A stretch of DNA of 64,000 nt from Actinomycetes bacterium (GTDB taxonomy: Bacteria > Actinomycetota > Thermoleophilia > RBG-16-64-13): the NCBI GenBank assembly GCA_024637095.1, contig JAGXFV010000006.1, positions 34,609 to 98,608 on the forward strand, read 5' to 3'. Below are positions 30,701 to 41,812 of the stretch, one piece after another (within the stretch, counting starts at the first letter, position 1; every line of letters begins with the position of its first letter). A program made the translations under genes and the position numbers. Below the pieces are notes generated by a model that was given only the letters and a program-made list of their open reading frames with translations, made no database searches and was not told the DNA's origin.

Positions 30701-32404
30701 CTACTCGGCGCTGATGCTTATCTCTTCGAAGTTGGTGGTCGAACCGAGGGCGTTCGGGTGCCACCCCTGAACGTTGGGCTTGACCAGGTCGGGGTCGGTG
30801 TACCAGTAGATGGGAGCAACCGGCACCTCGTCGGCGATGAGTTGTTCCATCTCGCGGTAGGCGTCGTACCGGGCCTGATCATCCCCGGCCTCGAGCGCAC
30901 TCGAGAGGAGCTCGTTGTACTGGTCGTTGCTCCAACGGGTGTAGTTGTTGCCGCCGCCGCCACGCAGGACGTCGAGGAAGTTGTACGCGTCGTTGAAGTC
31001 GGCCACCCAACCCATGCGGTAGGCCTGCACCTCGGGATTGTTCTGCACGAAGTCCAGGTACTGCTTCCATTCCATGTTCTGCAGTTCAGCGTTGACGCCA
31101 ACCTGCTGCCACATGCTCTGAATGGCGGTGGCGATGGCCTGGTGGCCTTCGTCCGTGTTGTAGTAGATGGTGACATCGAGCGGCTCGCCGCCTTCACCGA
31201 AGCCGGCATCGGTCAGCAGTTGCTGAGCCATCTCCACGTCAGCGGTCGTCTGGACATCGGTCTCGATGCCGCTGAAGGTCTCGAAGCCGGGCATCCCCTC
31301 GGGCGTGAAGCTGGTAGCCGGGGTCTGACCCTGCTTGCTCACGTTCTCCACGATGGTGGTGCGGTCGATGGCGAGAGAAAGCGCCTTGCGCACGTTGACG
31401 TCGCTGAGGGCCTCGTTCTCGACATTGAAGCCGTAATAGTAGATCCCCAGAAGCGGGAACGTCTCGTACTCCGGCAGATCCTTGAGGCGGTCCACGTCGG
31501 CGACGGGGATGTCACGCTGCACATCTACTTCGCCGTTTTCAAAGGCGGCGACGCCGGTAGTGGCTTCCTGGATCATCGGCATCTCTACGGTCTCGAGAGA
31601 TACGTCGGCCGCGCCGTGCCAATCCGGGTTCTTCGCCAGACTGATGTCCTGCTCGTGGTTCCATTCCTCGAGCGTGAAGGCACCGTTGGTCACGATGTTC
31701 GCAGGCTCAGTCCACTGGTCGCCGAACTCCTCGACGGTAGCCATAGGGATGGGGAAGTAGGACTGATGGCTCATCAGCGGGACGAACCACGGGGCCGGGG
31801 CCTTGAGTGTGACTTCCAGAGTCGTCTCATCCGGAGCGACGATGGCTACGTCTTCGACAGCACCCTCGCCTGCGTTATATTCTTCGGCACCCTGGATGAA
31901 GAACAGCTGATATGCATAGTCAGCCGCGGTTTCCGGGTTGAGAATGCGAAGCCATGAGTCCACGAAGTCCTGGCTGGTAACCGGGTCACCATTGGTCCAG
32001 GTCGCATCGTCGCGCAGCATGAAAGTATAGGTGAGGCCGTCCTCGCTCTCCTCCCAGCTCTCAGCAACCCCGGGAACCGGGTCGCCATTGGCGTCCAGGC
32101 GAACCAGCCCTTCAAAGATGTTGTTGATGACCAGGGCTGAGGTGGTGTCCGTGGCCAGGTTGGGATCCAGGCTCGGGGGCTCGGAAGCGATCTGTACCGT
32201 GATCGTCTGATCCTCGGCCAGGTCGCCGGCGCCCGCTTCGCCTTCAGAGGTCTCGGTCGTATCCTCAGTGTCGGTCGCCTCGGTCCCGGTGGTGTCCGTC
32301 GTGTCTCCGTCGTCGCTGCCGCAACCGACAGCGAAAAGGCCGAAGGCCGCAATCAGGACCAGCACCAGGATGGCGCCCATCCACGGCTTAAGCCATTTTT
32401 CCAA
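30701..32404 (-). CDS. oppA: Oligopeptide ABC transporter substrate-binding lipoprotein
   Basis: Lipobox FAVGC, acidic Thr-rich linker, SLDP, WTNGDPVT, GWVADF; TTG start behind AAGGAG. Confidence 0.93.
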   Translation of the reverse strand: MEKWLKPWMGAILVLVLIAAFGLFAVGCGSDDGDTTDTTGTEATDTEDTTETSEGEAGAGDLAEDQTITVQIASEPPSLDPNLATDTTSALVINNIFEGLVRLDANGDPVPGVAESWEESEDGLTYTFMLRDDATWTNGDPVTSQDFVDSWLRILNPETAADYAYQLFFIQGAEEYNAGEGAVEDVAIVAPDETTLEVTLKAPAPWFVPLMSHQSYFPIPMATVEEFGDQWTEPANIVTNGAFTLEEWNHEQDISLAKNPDWHGAADVSLETVEMPMIQEATTGVAAFENGEVDVQRDIPVADVDRLKDLPEYETFPLLGIYYYGFNVENEALSDVNVRKALSLAIDRTTIVENVSKQGQTPATSFTPEGMPGFETFSGIETDVQTTADVEMAQQLLTDAGFGEGGEPLDVTIYYNTDEGHQAIATAIQSMWQQVGVNAELQNMEWKQYLDFVQNNPEVQAYRMGWVADFNDAYNFLDVLRGGGGNNYTRWSNDQYNELLSSALEAGDDQARYDAYREMEQLIADEVPVAPIYWYTDPDLVKPNVQGWHPNALGSTTNFEEISISAE

Positions 32405-32493
32405 TTTCTTCTCTCCTTCTTCGATTTGCGAACATACTTACCAACCTCCGGACTGCCGCCTGAGACGGAGCCAAAAGGGTACTTCTACGAACT

Positions 32494-32526
32494 GCTTAGT
32501 GCCGCCGCGCTTAGTGCCGCCGCGCT
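32494..32526. repeat. 15-bp tandem duplication abutting the secG stop
   Basis: GCTTAGTGCCGCCGC x2 plus GCT. Confidence 0.85.
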
Positions 32527-32755
32527 ATACGACGAAACCCAAGACGATCGTCACCACGAAGAACGCAATTGCGAAGGCGACGGTCAGTCTGTCCAGGTTC
32601 TTCTGCACCACCCCGGTGCCGCCGAAAGTGCCGCCCGAGCCACCAAATGCGGTCGAAAGGCCGGCGTCTTTGCCGGAGTGCAGGAAGATCAGCACCAACA
32701 GTCCAATGCCGAGCGCGGTATCCAGAATGGTCAATAAGACAAGTGCGATGGTCAA
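32525..32755 (-). CDS. secG: Preprotein translocase subunit SecG
   Basis: Two TM helices, LHSGKDAGLSTAFGG, NLDRLT; position after the gap-pgk-tpi cluster. Confidence 0.93.
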   Translation of the reverse strand: MTIALVLLTILDTALGIGLLVLIFLHSGKDAGLSTAFGGSGGTFGGTGVVQKNLDRLTVAFAIAFFVVTIVLGFVV

Positions 32756-32864
32756 CTTCGTCCTTCTCCTGAATATCTATTGAACAACCGCTAAAGGCTA
32801 CCACGGCTTACCAAGCAAAGCATGCCAACTCAACAGAGGCATACCGCCCCGACTCGTATGGTAC

Positions 32865-32890
32865 GACGACATAGGCCGGCGGATGGTTAG
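32865..32890 (-). promoter_or_regulatory. Putative ECF promoter upstream of secG (CTAACCA-N15-CGTC)
   Basis: Same motif and spacing as upstream of the ECF sigma gene. Confidence 0.6.
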
Positions 32891-32964
32891 TGAACGCGCG
32901 GTAATCCCCGGGGAGCCGATTGCTCCGGCCTTCCGACAGAATGCGAACGGGCGCCTCGACAACG

Positions 32965-33009
32965 CGCCTACAGGCCTTCCGGGCCGTATCGCCTATAGGC
33001 CTTCCGGGC
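32965..33009. repeat. 20-bp direct repeat duplicating the anti-sigma stop codon
   Basis: CGCCTAYAGGCCTTCCGGGC at 32965 and 32990. Confidence 0.85.
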
Positions 33010-33664
33010 GGTAGTGATACTCCTCGTAGAAGGACATCGGCGACTCGAAGAATAGAAGCTTCTCATCCGCCGTACCTGCCCTTATCTTGATCCCGGAGCC
33101 TCCCACCTTTCTCTGGAGGTAGGGCACGTAAGCGGGGTCCAGATTACGGGCAAGCAGCACCTGGGGAATCGCGATAGCCATGTGGTTGGTCGCCGGCTCC
33201 GATTGCCAGGGCGGATCCGAAGCCAGGCCGGTTATCACGAGGATCGATGCGGCCGCCAAAGACACTGCGGCGCGCCGCCAAACCGGCCAGGTGAGGGAGC
33301 GCATCAGCCAACGGAAGGCCAGCGCCGCTGAGAGGGAGGCGCCCGTCCTCCTGACGGCCGGGGACGGCGATAGCGTCGGGATAGCGGTCGTGCTGTGCGC
33401 CGTGGGCAGGGCGCCGGTCGCTGCGACCATCTGCTCCACCAGGAAGGCGGGAGGATCAGGCTCCTCGGCTCGTATGGCCTCGAAGCGAAGTTCGGCCTGT
33501 TCCAGTTCCACCAACTCGGCGAAGTCCCGGCAATCGGGACAACATCTCAGATGGCGCTCGACCGTGGCCCGCGCCATGTCGTCCACCTCGCCGTCAGAGC
33601 AGGCGGAGATGAGCGGGCGCACCGCCTCACAAACCAGGAAGCTCTCTGTCCACCGTCCGTTCAT
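32993..33664 (-). CDS. Zinc-binding (zf-HC2/ZAS) anti-sigma factor, single TM
   Basis: HLRCCPDC (HxxxCxxC), hydrophobic segment AAVSLAAASILVITGL; directly behind the ECF sigma gene. Confidence 0.85.
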   Translation of the reverse strand: MNGRWTESFLVCEAVRPLISACSDGEVDDMARATVERHLRCCPDCRDFAELVELEQAELRFEAIRAEEPDPPAFLVEQMVAATGALPTAHSTTAIPTLSPSPAVRRTGASLSAALAFRWLMRSLTWPVWRRAAVSLAAASILVITGLASDPPWQSEPATNHMAIAIPQVLLARNLDPAYVPYLQRKVGGSGIKIRAGTADEKLLFFESPMSFYEEYHYRPEGL

Positions 33665-34274
33665 TGCCTCTCTCACGGGACCGCTCCGCGGCGACGAGGG
33701 CTCTTTCCTCGAGCTTGTCCGTCGACGTCGATCCCACCTGTCCGCCCAATTCCCGGAATCGCCGCTGCACACGCTCGCGGGCTTCGTAAATACGCCATTT
33801 GACCGTCGACAACGTAGTGTCGAGGATCTCCGCTATCTCTTGATAGCGAAAGCCCATAAGGTCTCGTAGCAGCAGGGCGGCCCGCAAATCCTCGTTGAGG
33901 GCGCGAATGCTCGCCCAGAGCAACTCCGAGTCCTCCAGCGCCAGAGTCCCGTCATACTCCATCGGCGGAAGCTCAGCCTCCGCTTCGTCCCGGCGCCGCC
34001 GGTCCAACTCCCGCTTGCGCAGGAAGTCGATACCCGCGTTCTTCGCGATCTGGAAGACCCAGGTGCTAAAGCGTGAGCGTCCGTCGAAACCGCCCAAACT
34101 CCGGGCGACTCGGATGAAAACCTCCTGCGAGAGATCCTCCGCGTCTTCCCGGCTGCCCACGAAGCGGTGCAGATACTGCAACACCGGTCCGTAAAACTCG
34201 ACCACAAGCTCTTCTAGTGCCGCCTCGCTACCGTCAGCTGCGCGCCGAAGCTGTTCCGGCGTTGGCTGCTCCAA
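33627..34274 (-). CDS. ECF RNA polymerase sigma factor
   Basis: DAEDLSQEVF, FSTWVFQIAKN, YQEIAEIL..TVKWRIYEAR; TTG start at 34274 behind GGAGG. Confidence 0.93.
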   Translation of the reverse strand: MEQPTPEQLRRAADGSEAALEELVVEFYGPVLQYLHRFVGSREDAEDLSQEVFIRVARSLGGFDGRSRFSTWVFQIAKNAGIDFLRKRELDRRRRDEAEAELPPMEYDGTLALEDSELLWASIRALNEDLRAALLLRDLMGFRYQEIAEILDTTLSTVKWRIYEARERVQRRFRELGGQVGSTSTDKLEERALVAAERSRERGNERTVDRELPGL

Positions 34275-34295
34275 ACTGGGCCTCCTGCCTACTCT

Positions 34296-34321
34296 GACGT
34301 TTGCACCCGCCGCTTGGTTAG
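34296..34321 (-). promoter_or_regulatory. Putative autoregulatory ECF promoter (CTAACCA-N15-CGTC)
   Basis: AAC-N17-CGT architecture ending 21 nt upstream of the sigma start. Confidence 0.65.
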
Positions 34322-34397
34322 CGGCGTTGGCGCGTCCGAAATCCGACTTATCATGCCACATCCCCGCCACCGCCGACAGCGGTGGCGGCCCGTTGCG

Positions 34398-35942
34398 CTA
34401 CTCCTTCGACCGCTGGGGACAGAGCGGGGTTCCCGTCATCTCTGCGGGTACGGGCAGGCCCAAGAGGCAGAGGACGGTCGGGGCGATGTCCGCCAGACCA
34501 CCGCCGTCTTCCAGCTTAGCCCCATGGTCGACGTAGATCAGCGGGACCGGGTTCGTAGTGTGAGCCGTATTGCGGCTCTGATCGGGCTCCCGCAGATACT
34601 CGGCGTTGCCATGATCGGCCGTAACGAAGATGTGAGCGCCGTCTTCGAGAAGCGGCTCGAGCACGATCTCCAGACAGTGGTCCACGTGCTCGACGGCTGC
34701 GATGGTCGCCTCCAGGTTGCCGCTGTGCCCGACCATGTCCGCGTTCGCGAAGTTCAGCACCGTAAAGTCCGGGCGCTTGTGCCGATAGATGTCGGCAAAG
34801 GCATCGGCCAGCTCGTGGCAGCTCATCTCCGGCTTCTGGTCGTAGGTGGCCACTTCCTGCGGCGAAGGAATCAGTTTGCGCGTCTCACCAGGGTAGGGGT
34901 CCTCCCGTCCTCCGTTGAAGAAGAAGGTGACGTGCGCGTACTTCTCGGTCTCGGCGATGTGCAACTGAGTAAGTCCGTGCTCGCTCAAGACCTCGGCCAG
35001 AACCTGTTTCGGCTCGACGTCAGGGAAGGCCACAGGCACGGCGAAGTCCGCCTCATACTGGGTGAAGCTCACCAGATGGACGGTCGGTGGATTCGGTCCC
35101 CGATCGAACTCAGCGAATTCCCTGTCGATGAGAGCCCTGGTGAGTTGCCTCGCCCGGTCGGGTCTGAAGTTGTAGAAGACGACGCTGTCCCCATCGGAAA
35201 GCGCAGCGTCCGTGCCCAGGATGACCGTCGGCAGGATGAACTCGTCGGTTATGGCTTCTTCGTAGGAGGCCTCGATCGCAGCGAGCGCATCGTCCACCTT
35301 GAGCCCTTCCCGATAGACCAGGGCGTCCCAGGCAATCTTGGTCCTCTCCCAGCGGCGGTCGCGATCCATGGCGTAGTAACGGCCGATGACATCGGCGATC
35401 CTTCCCACCCCATGCTCCTCGAGCTTGGCCTCGAGGTCCTTCAACAGGTCGCGGCCGTGCCACGGTGAGGTGTCCCGCCCGTCCATGAAGGGGTGCAGAT
35501 AGAGCTCCTCGACCCCCATGCGGACGGCGAGTTCGACCAGAGCCTCGACGTGGAGGATATCTCCGTGAACCCCGCCGTCGGAGAGCAGGCCCATGAGGTG
35601 CACCGCCCCACCGCTCTGCCGAGCCTTCTCGAAAGCCTCGCGTAGGACCGGGTTATCGAAGAAGGAGCCGTCCGCGATCATCTTGTTTATACGGGTGAGG
35701 TCCTGATAGACCACACGGCCGGTCCCCAGGGTGAGGTGGCCCACCTCGGAATTGCCCATCACCCCGTCGGGCAGACCGACCGCCTCGCCGCCGGCGTTGA
35801 GCAAAACCCAGGGGTATTCGGCGAACAGCCGGTCCATGGTGGGCGTGTCCGCCTGGCTGATTGCATTCGCGGGGCCCGGTTCGGCGTAACCCCAACCGTC
35901 CAGCACGATCAGCGCGACCGGGCGGCGCTCCGCGGGAGTCAC
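34398..35942 (-). CDS. gpmI: 2,3-BPG-independent phosphoglycerate mutase
   Basis: LDGWG, GNSEVGH, GRYYAMDRD, NFRPDR, AETEKYAHVT, DMVGH, ADHGN; start GTG 35942 is approximate. Confidence 0.96.
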   Translation of the reverse strand: MTPAERRPVALIVLDGWGYAEPGPANAISQADTPTMDRLFAEYPWVLLNAGGEAVGLPDGVMGNSEVGHLTLGTGRVVYQDLTRINKMIADGSFFDNPVLREAFEKARQSGGAVHLMGLLSDGGVHGDILHVEALVELAVRMGVEELYLHPFMDGRDTSPWHGRDLLKDLEAKLEEHGVGRIADVIGRYYAMDRDRRWERTKIAWDALVYREGLKVDDALAAIEASYEEAITDEFILPTVILGTDAALSDGDSVVFYNFRPDRARQLTRALIDREFAEFDRGPNPPTVHLVSFTQYEADFAVPVAFPDVEPKQVLAEVLSEHGLTQLHIAETEKYAHVTFFFNGGREDPYPGETRKLIPSPQEVATYDQKPEMSCHELADAFADIYRHKRPDFTVLNFANADMVGHSGNLEATIAAVEHVDHCLEIVLEPLLEDGAHIFVTADHGNAEYLREPDQSRNTAHTTNPVPLIYVDHGAKLEDGGGLADIAPTVLCLLGLPVPAEMTGTPLCPQRSKE

Positions 35943-35994
35943 GGCGTCCGTCCCGCCGAATCGCGTTTCGTCGTGCGGCCCACCCGCCTCGAAC

Positions 35995-36765
35995 TCATTG
36001 ACTCCGGCCTTCGTACCGGACAAGTGACTTGAACGAGTCGACGGCCAGGCTGGCGCCGCCCACGAGACCACCATCAATGTCGGGCTGGGCCATGATGTCC
36101 ACAACGTTGTCCGGTTTGACACTTCCGCCGTAGAGGATGCGGGTACGCTCGGCGGAGCCTGTGTCCGCCACACCGGCCAACCGGCTGCGGATGAAGGCGA
36201 TCGCGTCCTGGGCAATTTGTGGCGTCGCCGTGCGCCCGGTGCCGATGGCCCATACCGGCTCGTAGGCGACAACCATCTGGGCCACCTCCTCGGGCGCCAT
36301 ACCCTGAGTCCCACCGAGCACCTGCCGCTCGAGCACCTCCTCGGTGCGGCCCGCCTCGCGATCAGCTTCGATCTCGCCCACGCACATGATGGGGATGAGC
36401 CCGACGCCGATTGCCGCCCGGACCTTGCGCGCGACCTCCTCGTCGGTCTCCCCGAATATCTGCCGTCGCTCCGAATGACCGATGATCACGTACTTGACGC
36501 AAAGGTCGGCCAGCATGGAGGGCGACACCTCGCCGGTGTAAGCGCCCGATTCCTCCCAGAACATGTCCTGGGCCGCCACCCGCACTACACCCTCGCCGGC
36601 CGCCTCGACGGCCGCCTGAAGTCCGGTGAAGGCGGGAGCGACCACCACTTCGATCCCTCCGGAGTCGCCCAACTCGGCGGTCAGTTGCTCGACGAAGGCG
36701 GCGCCTTCGCGCGCCGTCTTGTGCATCTTCCAGTTGCCGGCCATTATCGGAAGCCGGTCGGCCAT
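35995..36765 (-). CDS. tpiA: Triosephosphate isomerase
   Basis: AGNWKM, GHSERR, AYEPVWAIGTG, YGGSV. Confidence 0.98.
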   Translation of the reverse strand: MADRLPIMAGNWKMHKTAREGAAFVEQLTAELGDSGGIEVVVAPAFTGLQAAVEAAGEGVVRVAAQDMFWEESGAYTGEVSPSMLADLCVKYVIIGHSERRQIFGETDEEVARKVRAAIGVGLIPIMCVGEIEADREAGRTEEVLERQVLGGTQGMAPEEVAQMVVAYEPVWAIGTGRTATPQIAQDAIAFIRSRLAGVADTGSAERTRILYGGSVKPDNVVDIMAQPDIDGGLVGGASLAVDSFKSLVRYEGRSQ

Positions 36766-36778
36766 CGGTCCTCCCCTG

Positions 36779-37966
36779 CTAGCGGTCTTCCAGCGCGGCA
36801 ACCCCGGGGAGTTCCGCGCCCTCGATCAATTCGAGCGCGGCTCCGCCTCCGGTCGAGACGTGACCCATGCGCTGCGCCAGGCCAAGTTGTTGAACCGCAG
36901 CCACGGAATCGCCCCCACCCACGACGGTGAGCGCGCGGCTCGCGGCCATGGCCCTGGCTATCCCGCGGGTTCCTTCGGCAAAGCGGTCCATCTCGAAAAC
37001 GCCCATGGGCCCGTTCCAAAAGACCTGAGCGGCGTCCAGGATGCGCCGTTCGTACTCGTCGGCGGTCTCCGGGCCGATGTCCAGCCCCATCCAACCTTGG
37101 GGAATATCGCCGACGCCAACCACCCTCGCCTCGGCATCTTCGGCGAAGCGGTCGGCCACCACCAAGTCACGGGGCAAAACCAGCTCGCAGTCAGAGTTGG
37201 CGGCCTTTTCCAGGGCCCGGCGGGCGGTTTCGATACCCGCTTCGTCCTCGACCCGCGAGGCACCCACATCCAGGCCCTGGGCCTTGAAGAAGGTGAAACA
37301 CATCGCTCCGCCGATGAGAATCTGGTCGGCCAGGTCCAGGAAACGCTCGATCACGCCGATCTTGTCGGTCACCTTGGCGCCCCCGAGCACCGCCACGAAG
37401 GGATGCTGCGGTGAATCTACCAGTCCCTGAAGCGCCTCGAGTTCCGACTGCATCAAGAAGCCGGAGACGGCGGGCAGGCAGGACGCCACCCCCGCTGTGG
37501 TGGCGTGCGCCCGGTGAGCCGCGCCGAAAGCGTCGTTCACGTATAGGTCGGCCAGCCGACAGAGCTCCCGCGCCAACTCGGGATCGTTCTTGGTCTCGCG
37601 CGGATCGAAGCGCGAGTTCTCGAGGAGCAGCACCTCGCCCGTCTGAAGGGAATCTGCGGCCTCGGAGACCTCCGGCCCGGTCAGGCGGTCAACCTTGCGC
37701 ACCGGCGCATCGATCAGCTGGGAAAGCCGGGCCGCGACCGAGTTAAGCCGGAGTTCCTCTTTGGGTTCCCCCTTCGGGCGCCCGAGATGAGAGGTGAGGA
37801 TCAGCCTTGCGCCGTGCTCCCTCAAGTATTCGATGGTGGGAAGCGCTCCCCGGATGCGGGTGTCGTCCGCTACTTCACCAGCGTCCGTGAGGGGCACGTT
37901 GAAGTCGACTCGGACGAGGACGCGGCGCCCGGCCACGTCCACGTCACGGATGGTCTTCTTCGCCAT
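36779..37966 (-). CDS. pgk: Phosphoglycerate kinase
   Basis: [36 protein letters not shown]. Confidence 0.98.
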   Translation of the reverse strand: MAKKTIRDVDVAGRRVLVRVDFNVPLTDAGEVADDTRIRGALPTIEYLREHGARLILTSHLGRPKGEPKEELRLNSVAARLSQLIDAPVRKVDRLTGPEVSEAADSLQTGEVLLLENSRFDPRETKNDPELARELCRLADLYVNDAFGAAHRAHATTAGVASCLPAVSGFLMQSELEALQGLVDSPQHPFVAVLGGAKVTDKIGVIERFLDLADQILIGGAMCFTFFKAQGLDVGASRVEDEAGIETARRALEKAANSDCELVLPRDLVVADRFAEDAEARVVGVGDIPQGWMGLDIGPETADEYERRILDAAQVFWNGPMGVFEMDRFAEGTRGIARAMAASRALTVVGGGDSVAAVQQLGLAQRMGHVSTGGGAALELIEGAELPGVAALEDR

Positions 37967-37976
37967 CGGGTCCTCC

Positions 37977-39002
<1,026 letters not shown>

Positions 39003-39986
39003 CTAGAACAGGCCGAGTTTAACAGCCGTCTCCGACGTCTCCGACCAACCCGCCTCCCGAGCCTGATTGAGCAGGCGCCTGAGCCGGTGATTCACCGCGG
39101 ATCGCGACAACCCCGCATCGCTCTCCTCCGCCAGTTCGGAAAGCGTCGACCACGGATTCTCAAGTCGGAGTTCCGCCACCTCCTGGAGGGCCGCCGGAAG
39201 ACCTCCCAGAAGCTCCGCGCTTTCCAGAAACTCGATTGCCGAAAGCTGTTCCAGCGCGGCGGCGCTCGTACGGCCCAGGTTGGCCTGGTCGCAGTTCGCG
39301 GCGCGGTTGGCCTGAGCTCTGACCTCTTTGAACACGGCGTGTTCGGCCACTTCGAGCGCGGCTTCTTGGGCCCCGGCGAAGGCGAGAAGCTCGGAAACCT
39401 GCTCCCGACCCTTCAGGTAGACCACGTGAACTCCGCGCCGCAGATATACCCCCGGTCGAAAATCCAAACCGGTGAGGAGCCCCGCCAGATCCTCGGCAAA
39501 GGCCAGGTGTGGAGTCACGACTTCCAGGTGAGCGCCCCGCTGCGGCGGATTGACCGAGCCCGCGCCGATGATGGCCCCGCGCACCAGAGCGGCCTTGCAG
39601 CAACGCCGCTGAATCAGCCTCCCCGGCACACCCGGGTCAAGGCGGAAGTTGTCGCTGAGCACCCCAACCTCATTGAGCGCCTGAATCACCGGGGGCGAGC
39701 CCTCCAAGCGAAGCACGTACACCAGTCGACGGCGAAAGCGGTGCTCCCGGGTGGTGAGCAGGGTGCCGTCCGCTCCGAGGGCTTTGAAATAGGAGTAGAC
39801 CAGGCTCGCCGCCGCCTGCACCGGAGTGGAGAGCTCGAGACCGTAGCGCTGGCCCTCTTCGCCTCCGCGTATACGGAAGGTTCCGGCCGACTTCACCAGC
39901 CCCGCCACCTCGGCCGTCCGGCAGCATTTACGAGTCTCCCGTCGATGGGCCAATTCGTCACGCACCTGCCGTGAGAACGAAGCCAT
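39003..39986 (-). CDS. whiA: DNA-binding protein WhiA
   Basis: SFSRQVRDEL, GSVNPP..HLE, VYLKG, NRAANCDQAN, SAVNHRLRRL; rapZ-yvcK-whiA order. Confidence 0.93.
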   Translation of the reverse strand: MASFSRQVRDELAHRRETRKCCRTAEVAGLVKSAGTFRIRGGEEGQRYGLELSTPVQAAASLVYSYFKALGADGTLLTTREHRFRRRLVYVLRLEGSPPVIQALNEVGVLSDNFRLDPGVPGRLIQRRCCKAALVRGAIIGAGSVNPPQRGAHLEVVTPHLAFAEDLAGLLTGLDFRPGVYLRRGVHVVYLKGREQVSELLAFAGAQEAALEVAEHAVFKEVRAQANRAANCDQANLGRTSAAALEQLSAIEFLESAELLGGLPAALQEVAELRLENPWSTLSELAEESDAGLSRSAVNHRLRRLLNQAREAGWSETSETAVKLGLF

Positions 39987-39991
39987 CGAGA

Positions 39992-40924
39992 CTACCCGGC
40001 CAGTGTCAAGAGTGTCCGCGCCAGGTCACAGGAATCATGCCTGACAAAGCGATTGACATCGGCGAGTGGGGCGGACACGACGCGCACTCCTAGATCTTCC
40101 GACTTGTGGCTCCAAGTGACGGGCTCAGCGCCCTGCCTCTCATAGAGGGCCAGGAGTTCTCCGGGGATGGGACGGTCGTTCACAAGCATGACGTCGATCA
40201 CTCCCTCGCCTAGGTGGCTGAGAATTCCGCGCAGATGGTCTTCTGCGTCGTAGCCCTGGGTCTCGCCCGGCTGAGTCATGACGTTGTTCACGAACACAAC
40301 CTGAGCGCGCGTCTCCCGGAGGGCTTCGGCCATGCCCCCCACAAGCAGGTTAGGGACGACACTCGTGTATAGGCTCCCGGGACCCAGCACGACGAGCTCG
40401 GCCTGCCGGATTCGATCCAGAGCGAGCGGAAGTGCCGGAGCCTCCGTCGGCTCCAGCCAAACCTGTTGGATCGGAGACTGCGCCTTGGCAATCACGGACT
40501 GGCCGAAGATATGGGAACCGTCGCGCAGCCGGGCCCCCAGCCGCACATCGGTCGTGGTGCTGGGGAGCACGCTGCCCCGGATGGCCAGCACCCGGCTCGA
40601 CTCAAAGACGGCCTGCTCAAAATTACCGGTCACCTCAGAAAGCGCCGCCAAGAACAGGTTGCCGAAGCTGTGGCCGGCAAGAGAACCGTTCTCGAAGCGG
40701 TAGTCAAAAAGCCGGCGCATCAGGGACTCATCGTCCGCGAGAGCGACCAGGCAGTTGCGCACGTCGCCGGGAGGCAGCACGCCTAACTCTCGGCGCAGCC
40801 GCCCGGAGGAACCTCCGTCATCCGCCATCGTCACGATGCCGGTGAGCGAATCCGTGAACGGCTTTACGCCACGGAGCAGGGTGGCGAGGCCTGTGCCTCC
40901 GCCCATGGCCACAACCCGCGTCAT
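39992..40924 (-). CDS. yvcK: YvcK/GlmR (UPF0052) UDP-GlcNAc-binding protein
   Basis: GGGTGL, DDGGSSG, GHSFGNL, GPGSLYTS, TQPGET, RHD. Confidence 0.93.
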   Translation of the reverse strand: MTRVVAMGGGTGLATLLRGVKPFTDSLTGIVTMADDGGSSGRLRRELGVLPPGDVRNCLVALADDESLMRRLFDYRFENGSLAGHSFGNLFLAALSEVTGNFEQAVFESSRVLAIRGSVLPSTTTDVRLGARLRDGSHIFGQSVIAKAQSPIQQVWLEPTEAPALPLALDRIRQAELVVLGPGSLYTSVVPNLLVGGMAEALRETRAQVVFVNNVMTQPGETQGYDAEDHLRGILSHLGEGVIDVMLVNDRPIPGELLALYERQGAEPVTWSHKSEDLGVRVVSAPLADVNRFVRHDSCDLARTLLTLAG

Positions 40925-40927
40925 GAA

Positions 40928-41812
40928 CTAGCCCTTCCTTTCCACGTCCCGGTGGCGGACCGCCGTGACCACCACCGGCACCCGTTCCAGCGCGCTCGCA
41001 AGGGTCTGAGCCAGGGCCACGGAGCGGTGCCGTCCACCCGTGCAACCAACGCCAACCAGGAGCTGCCGCTTCTGCTCGACCAGATAAGAAGGCGCCAGGT
41101 ACGTCAGCAGGTCAACCACGCGCTCGACAAAGCCCTGAGTCTGCTCCATCGCCAGCACGTAGTCGCGCACAGATTCCTCCAGGCCGGTCAAGGGCCGTAG
41201 CTCGGGCACCCAGTGGGGGTTGGGAAGAAAGCGGGCGTCGAAGACCATGTCGACTTCGCGGGGCACGCCATACTTGTAGCCAAAAGACATGAAGGTCATC
41301 AGAATCTGGTCCTGCAACTCTCCCGCGAGCACGGTCTCCTGTATGTGCCGGCGCAGGTCGTGCACGTTGAGCGAGGTCGTGTCTATAACGACATCGGCCC
41401 GCTCCTTGAGTTCCGCCAGGATCTCCCGCTCCCGCTGAATCCCCTCGACCAGGTTGTCCGAACCGGTCAGGGGATGGGTCCGGCGGGTGGAGTGAAAGCG
41501 CGCCACCAGCGCCTCGTCCGAGGCCTCGAGGAAGACCACCCGGCAGAGGACATTCAGCCGGTCGAGTTCCGCCAGAGCGTCATCCAGATAGGAAAGGCTG
41601 TCGCCGGCCCGAGCGTCCAGAACGAGGGCGGCCCGATCGACCTTGCTACCGTCCAGGGAGAAGAGCTTCGCCACCTGAGTGAGCATTTGCGGGGGCAGAT
41701 TGTCGATGCAGAAATAACCCATGTCCTCGAAGGTGGCTACCGCCAGCGACTTGCCCGCCCCGGACAGGCCGCTGATGATGGTCATCCTGAGGTCAGTACT
41801 CTCCTCGGTCAA
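40928..41812 (-). CDS. rapZ: RNase adapter RapZ/YvcJ
   Basis: SGLSGAGKS, DNLPP, SFGYKYG, RFLPNP, GCTGGRHRSV. Confidence 0.95.
   Translation of the reverse strand: MTEESTDLRMTIISGLSGAGKSLAVATFEDMGYFCIDNLPPQMLTQVAKLFSLDGSKVDRAALVLDARAGDSLSYLDDALAELDRLNVLCRVVFLEASDEALVARFHSTRRTHPLTGSDNLVEGIQREREILAELKERADVVIDTTSLNVHDLRRHIQETVLAGELQDQILMTFMSFGYKYGVPREVDMVFDARFLPNPHWVPELRPLTGLEESVRDYVLAMEQTQGFVERVVDLLTYLAPSYLVEQKRQLLVGVGCTGGRHRSVALAQTLASALERVPVVVTAVRHRDVERKG

Noticed and set aside
32405..32524. tRNA-Leu or glycine riboswitch after secG
   Set aside because: No cloverleaf or TTCGA arm; only a TCTCAGG fragment and a small hairpin
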